From Octopus bimaculoides (Eukaryota): 57,820 bases of DNA. Under the pieces are notes generated by a model, which was not told the DNA's origin, did not search any database, and saw only the letters and a list, made by a program, of their open reading frames with translations. Within the stretch, counting starts at the first letter, position 1, and each line of letters starts with the position of its first letter. The translations under genes and the position numbers were made by a program. The stretch is taken from positions 4,172,045 to 4,229,864 of the forward strand of contig NC_068982.1 in assembly GCF_001194135.2 (NCBI RefSeq), given 5' to 3'. Shown piece by piece: positions 48,079 to 57,820 of the stretch.

Positions 48079-49668
48079 NNNNNNNNNNNNNNNNNNNNNN
48101 NNNNNNNNNNNNNNNNNNNNNNNNNNNNNNNNNNNNNNNNNNNNNNNNNNNNNNNNNNNNNNNNNNNNNNNNNNNNNNNNNNNNNNNNNNNNNNNNNNNN
48201 NNNNNNNNNNNNNNNNNNNNNNNNNNNNNNNNNNNNNNNNNNNNNNNNNNNNNNNNNNNNNNNNNNNNNNNNNNNNNNNNNNNNNNNNNNNNNNNNNNNN
48301 NNNNNNNNNNNNNNNNNNNNNNNNNNNNNNNNNNNNNNNNNNNNNNNNNNNNNNNNNNNNNNNNNNNNNNNNNNNNNNNNNNNNNNNNNNNNNNNNNNNN
48401 NNNNNNNNNNNNNNNNNNNNNNNNNNNNNNNNNNNNNNNNNNNNNNNNNNNNNNNNNNNNNNNNNNNNNNNNNNNNNNNNNNNNNNNNNNNNNNNNNNNN
48501 NNNNNNNNNNNNNNNNNNNNNNNNNNNNNNNNNNNNNNNNNNNNNNNNNNNNNNNNNNNNNNNNNNNNNNNNNNNNNNNNNNNNNNNNNNNNNNNNNNNN
48601 NNNNNNNNNNNNNNNNNNNNNNNNNNNNNNNNNNNNNNNNNNNNNNNNNNNNNNNNNNNNNNNNNNNNNNNNNNNNNNNNNNNNNNNNNNNNNNNNNNNN
48701 NNNNNNNNNNNNNNNNNNNNNNNNNNNNNNNNNNNNNNNNNNNNNNNNNNNNNNNNNNNNNNNNNNNNNNNNNNNNNNNNNNNNNNNNNNNNNNNNNNNN
48801 NNNNNNNNNNNNNNNNNNNNNNNNNNNNNNNNNNNNNNNNNNNNNNNNNNNNNNNNNNNNNNNNNNNNNNNNNNNNNNNNNNNNNNNNNNNNNNNNNNNN
48901 NNNNNNNNNNNNNNNNNNNNNNNNNNNNNNNNNNNNNNNNNNNNNNNNNNNNNNNNNNNNNNNNNNNNNNNNNNNNNNNACCACCACCACCACCACCACC
49001 ACCACCACCACTACCATCAACGACCAACTACTAGGAAGCCACGATCGTAGCTCATCCTGCTAAAAACAGCAGCCAAATAACGCTCAAATCAATTCCCAGT
49101 GTCTTAAAATAAGATCACGTTTGCTTAATGTGATCCTGCATTCATTGTACACAGGAGAAAGGAGAAATAGTCACGGCTGGAAAGGTAATCGATGATAAGT
49201 CCTGTTCGATCAAGGTTTAACTGGAATTCAATCTCACAACTACTACAATGCCTAGAATCAGTGCTATCCACGCAATGACCCGTCACTTCTCCCTCTGCAT
49301 CCATTTCACCATCAACACAACCACAGTTTTCATCATTATCGTCTTTCTTCTTCATCTACTACTACTACTACTACTACTACTACTTATTCTTTTTTCCTTC
49401 CTTTCTTCCTTTCTTTCTTTTCTTTCTTCTTCTATATCGTCTTCTTCCCTTTCTTCACCACCACCACAACCACCACCACCAACACCACCGCCAATCGTTT
49501 CCAATCCTGTTAATTCGTGTTTATTCTATGTCAACTTTCTACTCGTCCATTGCTTTCCTTCTTGTTTTTTTTAATTGAGTTGGCCAACACAACTACGTAA
49601 CGTCACTCACACACACACACTTTCTCTCTGTCTCACACACTCTCTCTGTCTGTCTGTATCTCTTTGTC

Positions 49669-49710
<42 letters not shown>

Positions 49711-49967
49711 GCACATCCGAGGTCAAATTAATTCTTCCAGGATATCCTGTAAGAATCAACATGGCGGTAGACAAATTGCTTCTCTTCTTTCTTGTCACAC
49801 TCTATACATTCTAAGTTCAATTTCCACTCAAGCCCATCTTTGGATCAATTAAATCAATGGTTTTCATCGTGGGCTCATATAACCTTTGGGGTTCCACACA
49901 AGATTTTGCTGTTAAAATTTATCGGGAATAAATTTGCTATATTTCTACACTTCACAAAATATTCTAA

Positions 49968-50430
49968 CTAGGCGCAGGAGTGGCTGTGTGGTAAGGAGCT
50001 TGCTTACCAACTACATGGTTCCGGGTTCAGTCCCACTGCGTGGCATCTTGGGCAAGTGTCTTCTACTATAGCCCCGGGCCGACCAAATCCTTGTGAATGG
50101 ATTTGGTAGACGGAAACTGAAAGAAGCCCATCTTTTATATATATNNNNNNNNNNNNNNNNNNNNNNNNNNNNNNNNNNNNNNNNNNNNNNNNNNNNNNNN
50201 NNNNNNNNNNNNNNNNNNNNNNNNNNNNNNNNNNNNNNNNNNNNNNNNNNNNNNNNNNNNNNNNNNNNNNNNNNNNNNNNNNNNNNNNNNNNNNNNNNNT
50301 TACGTCCCCGTAACTTAATGGTTCGGCAAAAGCAACGGATAGAGTAAGTACTGGACTTACAAAGAATAAGCCCTGGAGTCGATTTGTTCGATTAAAGGCG
50401 GTGCTCCAGCATGGCCGCAGTCAAAATAAC
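49968..50430 (+). mobile_element. SINE family A copy (gap in centre)
   Basis: taggcgcaggagtggctgtgtggtaag...; tail ctccagcatggccgcagtcaaa. Confidence 0.92.
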
Positions 50431-50494
50431 TAAAAGAATAAAAATATTTTTGATGCAATTCCAAATAATAATTAATTATAAAAAAATATATCTC

Positions 50495-50696
50495 TTACTT
50501 GTTTCAGTCATTTGACTGTGACCATGATGGAGCACCGCCTTTAGTCGAGCAATCGACCCCAGGACTTATTCTTTGTAAGCCTAGTACTTATTCTATCGGA
50601 ATCTTTGGTCGAACCGCTGAGTTATTACGGGGACGCAAACACAGCACCATCGGTTGTGAAGCGATGCTGGGGGGACAAACACACACAAACATATAC

Positions 50697-50727
<31 letters not shown>

Positions 50728-50885
50728 CATATATACGACGGGCTTCTTTCAGTTTCCGTCTACTAAATCCACTTACAAGGCTTTGGTCGGCCCGAGATAG
50801 TAAAAGACACTTGCCCAAGGTGCCACGCAGTGGGACTGAACCCTGAACCATGTGATTGGTAAGCAAGCTACTTACCACATAGCCA
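50495..50885 (-). mobile_element. SINE family A copy, tail-to-tail with the previous one
   Basis: Reverse-complement match over most of the element. Confidence 0.92.
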
Positions 50886-51144
50886 GAATAAATGAATATA
50901 GGTTATCGATAAAAATAGAATTTCATGAATCGTCAAGTAAAAACAACTTATGATTGAACTTGATAAAAAACGCGGGAAAAATGTTGGCAACATTGTAACG
51001 TTGATGATGCTGATGATGATAGGGGCAATGGCTGGGGCGTTGATGCTCCTCATGATGCAGCACCGATGCATATCGCAATGACTACTACTACTACTACTAC
51101 TACTACTAATAATAATAATAATAATAACAACAATAATAATATTA

Positions 51145-51400
51145 ACTAGCACTCCGTCGGTTGCGATGACGCAACCAGTTGACCTGACCAATGGAACAGC
51201 CCTGCTCACGAAATTAACGTGCTAGTGGCTGAGTACTCCACAGACACAGGTACCCTTAATGTAGTTTCCAGGGAGATTAAGCATGACACAGAATGTGACA
51301 AGGCTGGCCCTTTGAATTACGGGTATAGCCCATTTAAGCCAGCTGAGTGGACAGCACATCACCAGGAATTGAACTCACGACCATACGATAGGGAACGATT
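51145..51400 (-). mobile_element. Diverged fragment of the Arg-like SINE
   Basis: gctcacgaaattaacgtgc...ccacagacacaggtacccttaatgtag...gtgacaaggctgg. Confidence 0.7.
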
Positions 51401-51559
51401 ACCCAAACCCACTAAACTACGCGCCTTCACACTACTACTACCACTACTACCACTACTACTACTACTACTACTGCTGTTTGTAATCTTTTGGGTTATTTTC
51501 TCGTCTTTTGTGAACCAAATGTAAACTAACAACAAAATTTCATTCGTTGGTAAAATTTA

Positions 51560-52085
51560 TTTATTTCGATGGAAGCAAAATTGGACAGTCTTCAAAACTT
51601 TGTATGCGTCTTCCACATCTTTGCCCATTTCATTAATTCGTCGTTATGTTATATTATTGCTGAAAGGAATGTTACTGATAATGTCAGTGGTTGGCATGTT
51701 CAACACGCTACGTTAGAACCTGACAAACAGCTGACAAGATTAATTCGGTGCCAATAGTATGTGACTTTCTGGATTTAGAATTCAGTCGTAAAATTTTGAA
51801 AGATGCACGTAACACATCCTCTTGCATTGATGCAAATGGATGCATTCTTGACAGTGTCGGCTGTTTGCAAAATTATCATTGAAATGCTTTAAAATATGAT
51901 AAATCTTTAAATCTTTATTTGTTTTGCCATCATGAATTTTTTAAGTGTTCTATTAATCCTGAGGGTTTCACAGTCTGAATATGCTATTTGGTAAATCTTG
52001 CTTGGGAGTGACGGAATACCCAGCCATAGCTTTAATATTTGACACTTTATCACAAACATTTCCTCTTTGCTGATACCATGATTGT
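51560..52085 (-). mobile_element. Degraded hAT (Buster/ZBED5-like) transposase N-terminal remnant
   Basis: MVSAKRKC..SVKY.SYG, VKPSGLIEHLK, KSHTIGTELILSAV, IPFSNN..RRINEMGKDVED match KKCRQYSVEYLKYGF / KPSRL.EHL / KPHTIGEELILPA / IPLSN.TV.RRI.EM (recalled). Confidence 0.75.
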
Positions 52086-52116
52086 GTCTATAAAATGTAA
52101 TATAGATATATGAAGT

Positions 52117-52540
52117 ACTAGCTGTTGGACCCGGCGTTGCTCGTGTTTTACGTGTTGATGTTAAGGCCACCTCTGACCTTGTATTGAAATCGTCTACATT
52201 CCCCGTGCCAACTATTACCCATTAAGATGTTATATCTGGTTCGGCAGGGATTTTACCCGGTTAACGCTTTCGACATACTCCTACATACTGGACCGTCTGA
52301 AATCGCAGTCAAACTTTTGGGTGTACCTCGACCCATTGAGAGTGATGTTTGTTTATTTCTCTCCCCTTAATGCCACCCTCTGTACAGAATTGATCAGCGT
52401 GTCTAGTCTCGGCAAAATCCATAGAAAAGACAAGGAGACGAGACACCACGCTGATATATTCCATGTAAGACGAACCAACTCGTAGATTATCAGGAAAACT
52501 AATATCGATCGGGCAGTCCCACCACACATCGATTTTTATA
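52117..52540 (-). mobile_element. Probable non-autonomous Helitron (3' end)
   Basis: Minus strand ends ...CGAGCAACGCCGGG-TCCAACAG-CTAG|T: GC-rich subterminal hairpin remnant plus CTAG before T. The 5' boundary is a guess. Confidence 0.45.
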
Positions 52541-54640
52541 TCTGGTTAAAGAATACTAGCAAGATGACAATAGATGACAAGACGACAAGCGATCAATAGG
52601 TTATGAGTTCAAATCAACTGTTGGTTTTCTATTGTATTCCTAGCCACAGCATATCCACCATTTTATATTTCTTGCGATCATCTGGGAATGTTACCGAAGA
52701 GTGCTATTTATTTCTTATGAATTTCACACGATTTTTAAAGATTTACATCATCATAGTATTAAAAAAAAATATTTTGTTACCACAAATAGTTTATTCTATT
52801 AATATATGCGGTATAATCAAACATTAATTCTTTTTTTTTACATTCCATCTCTCTCTCTCTTTCACACACAACACACAAACACACGCATGCCCACAAACAT
52901 ACATGCACACTAACACACATACATATACACACATAAAGACGTTAGATTTGACTTTTTTCATAATACAAAATAAAAGTCTTCCAAAACCGTTTCTATCGTA
53001 GTACAAACACACACACATCCATACATATAACTTCATCAACTCAATACTTAAGTGTAAATGTACTGTTCGAGCTGGACCAGCGCTATGTATATATATATAT
53101 ATATATATNNNNNNNNNNNNNNNNNNNNNNNNNNNNNNNNNNNNNNNNNNNNNNNNNNNNNNNNNNNNNNNNNNNNNNNNNNNNNNNNNNNNNNNNNNNN
53201 NNNNNNNNNNNNNNNNNNNNNNNNNNNNNNNNNNNNNNNNNNNNNNNNNNNNNNNNNNNNNNNNNNNNNNNNNNNNNNNNNNNNNNNNNNNNNNNNNNNN
53301 NNNNNNNNNNNNNNNNNNNNTATGTATGTATGTATGTATGTATGTATATATGCTTGTTACAATCTTACCGCTCAGTTGCTGTGAGAAAGGGTTTCTTTTA
53401 GACATTTTTTTGCCATTTTCTTCACTTAGTTGAGGCATTTTTTATCCAACTGTAACTAAATTTAGTTCGTCTTTTATGAATAAATCACTCGGAAACATGA
53501 CGTTTCTTTGGCTTTGGGGAAAAAAAAAAATACTATCCTTCGATCTAAAAATTCACTGTTTTTTAAACAGCTTATATATTTGGACATCTTTTATTATAGA
53601 AAATTGAGAAACCAGCCTTTCAGAAAAATTCAAAAATATACTTTGTGTCTTTTAACATTTGTGATAAATAATTTTTACTACTTACGAATTTAATCTTGAT
53701 GTTTGTTTAGCACCAGGGCAGTTGATTTGCAGGACTGTTAGCGTATTTGACGAGATGCCTAGCGGTAAAGAGTTGTAGCTCTTGGCATTCGGACAGCAGC
53801 ACCAGGAACGCCACTGGTGCCAAAATGTATCGATCGTAGTCGGCACCCTTTCCCTTGGGTAAATATCAGCAGCATGAAGATTATGGATGACTACTACATG
53901 TAATATACGAAGACGAGGCTATGCAGATTGTTGTAGATACAGGTTCAAATCTGACTGACGAAGGCCTTAGAATATTCAGCTTTAGCAGTGAACATCTCCT
54001 CTTTTTTTTTCTCTCTGGAATAATGTGCGTCTGATCACATGATTCGATGTATTACTCTAGCTTAAAGCAGTAAAATGAAATTTAAGGGAACTTTCACTTA
54101 TTTCTAGCAAATAAAACCTCCACGTAGAGGCAAGATTTTAATTGAGAGTGGAAACACATAACGCTAGGTATCCAGTCTGACGCTAACAATTAATGTGAAG
54201 TTGACTCCGGTGGGATTCGAACTCAGAACGTAGTGAGTTGGAACAAATAACGCAAAGCACTCCATTCTCTGCTCTAATAATTCTGCCAGTTAGACGCACG
54301 AGTTCTAATTTTGCAACAAATTCACTAAAACTACCATACATAAATAAGTAACCTAATATTTCCAGCCCAGCGATAACAAATAAGAAGCAAACACGAAATG
54401 CTTCTCGTCTCCAATAACATTGTAACAAAATCTATCTTTAAAACAATTTCATCCAGAAAAAACTCATGTTTAGACAAGATAAAAAAAAAAAAAGAAAGAG
54501 AAAATAGAAAATACAGAATATCTTTAACAAAAAGAAAAAGAAAACTAAAGACAGCGAAATGAAGAATAATTTTCATTTTAATAATTCGCACGCACGCACA
54601 CAAACACACACAAACACACACACACACACACACACACATG

Positions 54641-54832
54641 TGGAGGCGCAATGGCCCGATGGGTAGGGCAGCGGACTCGCGGTCATAAGATCGCGGTTTC
54701 GATTCCCAGACCGGGCGTTTTGAGTGTTTATTGAGCGAAAACGCCTAAAGTTCCACGAGGCTCCGGCAGGGGGTGGTGGCGAACTCTGTTGTACTCTTTC
54801 ACCACAACTTTCTCTCACTCTTTCTTCCTCTT
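54641..54832 (+). mobile_element. tRNA(Arg)-like-headed SINE, 5' half
   Basis: Same head and body as 34165-34550. Confidence 0.85.
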
Positions 54833-55169
54833 TCTTCAGGTGCACGTATATGTATGCATCCATGTATCTGTTAACTAAATGGATGTGTGTATATACATTT
54901 ATACACACACAACACACACGCACACACAGATGCAATACTGCAGCACATCACTGATTTTCTTATTTGTAGTCACTGGGTATTTCGGGTCTTACATCATTCA
55001 CTCTTATCCAGGAGCCACGGATAAGGTTGAAACAAACTTAAGCCTGCGACCAAGTGGCATTCTACTAACCCCCACCGATCACCTCCTTTAGGCCAATTCC
55101 GTCTAGATGACTTCCCCGTAGCCTCTGTGTCGTTTTCTGTACCTTCCCTTTTGCTCATTTCCGTTATGG

Positions 55170-55510
55170 AGGATATGGCCTGGCCCCCGTGCTAACTGCC
55201 CACTACAAAACTCGAACTCAGGACCCGTAACAACATTACGCCACAACTACTTTACCTCAACGGTTCCAGCTCTTTTTCATACCAAAATACATCAAAACGA
55301 AAACGAATCCCATAAAATTCAAATCTTCACTGGACTAATTCCTTCAAAAACTCCCAGACCAGCCTCCTACACCCGGACATGTCCCCAACAATAATAACTC
55401 TTTGCCAGAATGGGCCATTGTGCCCCATTTATGACTAAAAGACTTTACCAGGTGGTGCTATTAAGTTAGACATGGCCTGGGCTATACTGGCTGGAACCTA
55501 TCAAAGTTAA
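55170..55510 (+). mobile_element. CR1/L2-like LINE 3' end
   Basis: HNYFTSTVPAL..IPKYIKT..PIKFKSSLD..LQKLPDQPPTPG remnant plus the same 3' UTR as 17795-18120. Confidence 0.7.
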
Positions 55511-56779
55511 TCTACCCACCTTCCCGATAATAAGGAAATGTGACGCGAAGTCATGAGCAAGCAGGAACCAAAACAACCTTAGGAATAAATCTCAACGCAG
55601 GATGGTCGCACGAATGGTCAAAGGATCCATAGATGGATTAATCCATTAAAAAAAAAATATAAGCTAAAGTGGAGAATAAGTGAAGGAGAGCATTCAATGA
55701 AGAGTATCTCGTTTGAGTTTGAAGTGAAAGCAGCTGATTTGATGATGATAAATGTATTCGCACACATAGACTTCAATGCGCGCGCGCGCACACACACGCA
55801 CACACACACACACGCATATATGTGTATATATGTATAAGTATAAATGTTTATATACACACATATGTACATGCACATTTATACAGATATGCACACATTAGCC
55901 ATTTTCATAGACGGTATATATGTACGTGTACATATATATGTATATATGTACACGTGCGAATGGTTGTGTGTATATATACCTACATATACACCATCTGTCA
56001 AGATGGCTAATTTTAATTTGTTTTTATGGTATTTTGTAAATGCTGAGCAGAATAATAACCCTAAGAATGGAATATAGCGCATCTGAAGCAGACAGATTAT
56101 GTAGGTTTAAAGTGAACAGAAGTAAATTTGAATATAAATATAATTTCACTAAAACGATACAGCATCACTGTGGAGATGATATCGCCAAAGATGTCATATA
56201 AACAAAGAATCAAGATAGAAAATGTTGTGTCGGTGTGAATTCACGAATAAACAATGTTTTCGAATTTGATTGCATGATGTAATTTGTTCAAGGTGAATAT
56301 GACGCGATGTAATTATTTGCTTGAATGAGAAAAGAATTGATAACATTAGTTAGTACGTGCGGAAATTGTAATTGGAAAGATTATAGTAACTATAGTTCAG
56401 CGTTAAATAATAGCGTAAATGGCTTTCTGGTAAGCGGTCACTCTTGAATCAATAATGTCACTTGAATTAAGTGATTATAAGATACCAAGCGGCATGCTTA
56501 CATATTTAATGAATACTGAACAGCTATAAGGTTAAGGAAACTTTAACAGCTGAAGAATTTTGAAGTTTTCGTTTAAATAAAAATATCAAAAGAAAAAACA
56601 ACACAATTTGTAGATATTCATACACTTATGGTTTTCAACTGGTTGCTGCAGACGATAACGTCGTCGCTCAATCACAGCGTTTTTCTCTTATTGTTTTCAC
56701 ATTCGGAAGAATGAGATCCTTGCTTTGACTTGCTGAAACACATTTAATAACAGTTAAATGAAGACTAGCAATTAAAATA

Positions 56780-56914
56780 ATGCTGTGTGGTAAGAAGCTT
56801 GCTTCCCAACCACATAGTTTCGGGTTCAGTTCTACTGTAGGAAACCTTAGTCTTATGTCGACCAAAGCCCTGTGAGTGGATTTGGTAGACGGAAGCTGAA
56901 AGAAACATGTTATG

Positions 56915-56990
<76 letters not shown>
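56780..56990 (+). mobile_element. SINE family A 5' half
   Basis: gctgtgtggtaagaagcttgcttcccaacc...ggtagacggaagctgaaagaa(CA)n(TA)n. Confidence 0.85.
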
Positions 56991-57013
<23 letters not shown>

Positions 57014-57497
57014 CTATCGGAGGTGTAGATCTAAAGAACACGGAGACTGTTCATAAAATCTTTCTTTTAATTTTACAGTTGGTCGTTCAGCATAATTATT
57101 TGGTAAAAATGACCGACACGTGTTTCTACTTCACAGCTTATGTGCAGTTACACATGCAACCCAGCATAATCTTCTGTGCACCTTCATTGAGGGTCCTCCA
57201 ATAAGCGTGGTTCGAAGCGAACTGAGTTAATTTCTTTATTTGTGGCTAGTTTAAGATCCCAAGGGAAGTGATGGGGGATATGTTGAAATCCGATGTGGCT
57301 GTAAAGTTTATTCCTAGACTGACCTCTACTTAACTCCTGTGCATAGCGGAAATTGGGAGTTTAATCTATGTTAAATTAGATCAAATCATATATGAGTGTT
57401 CGAACTGGCTTTTCTCATGGGTTAAAAGAGATTGAATAGAGTTAATGCTTAACTTTGTTACGTCGATAGAGTTTCGTCAATATATATATATATATAT

Positions 57498-57820
57498 ATT
57501 TAAGGACAGCCTCAGACGCATAGAAGAGGTCCTGACAAATCTGGACCAACACATCAATATACTTTTCCTAGGCGACTTTAACCTCCCAAATGTTAAATGG
57601 CCTGAAGGTCACATCCTCTCTGGGATGTCACTGCATGAACAAAGCCAGGCAAAATCATTGCTAGAACTATCCAACATGCTGTTCATGGAACAAGTGATAC
57701 TCCAACCAACCAGGGGAAGCAATATTTTGGATCTCTGCTTCACAAACAATGTGAGCCTAATCCATAATGTGAAAATAACGCCCACATCTCTCTCAGATCA
57801 TAACATTATAGAATTAACTA
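57498..57820 (+). mobile_element. CR1/L2-like LINE ORF2 AP-endonuclease fragment, runs off the window
   Basis: Open frame FKDSLRRIEE...LFLGDFNLPNVKW...QPTRGSNILDLCFTNN...SLSDHNIIEL with the GDFN, LDL and SDH motifs of the APE domain. Confidence 0.85.

Noticed and set aside
46542-49063. Longest ORFs in the track (343-797 aa)
   Set aside because: Made almost entirely of N gaps and microsatellite translations.
53950-53995. CTGACGA-AGGC...CAGC resembling the first hammerhead
   Set aside because: No GAAA core after the stem and no stem I; at most an unrecognisable relic.

Overview
Eukaryotic, AT-rich, repeat-saturated genomic DNA with N gaps that sit next to microsatellites. The repeat families point to a coleoid cephalopod, probably Octopus (inference from recalled repeat sequences, not a database result). 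One protein-coding gene is well supported: IQCG/DRC9 (dynein regulatory complex subunit 9) on the minus strand. It has three coding exons (43768-43609, 40197-39654, 27377-26891) whose GT-AG junctions have compatible phases and give a 396-aa protein ending in an IQ-like motif. The rest is mostly transposon debris: tRNA-derived SINEs of several families, R4/Dong-like, CR1-like, RTE-like, Tx1-like and Penelope-like retroelement fragments, Tc1/mariner and hAT remnants, MITEs/foldbacks, a probable Helitron end and many microsatellites. Most ORFs in the supplied track are microsatellite, gap or antisense artefacts. The most unusual item is in IQCG intron 2: a 360-bp head-to-head insertion (34709-35068) bounded by a 12-bp direct repeat, in which a tRNA-like Pol III head is joined to a minimal type I hammerhead ribozyme motif. 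A second, decayed hammerhead of a different family lies at 36459-36506. No CRISPR, rRNA or convincing functional tRNA gene was seen. All protein family assignments are by eye from recalled motifs; no searches were run.
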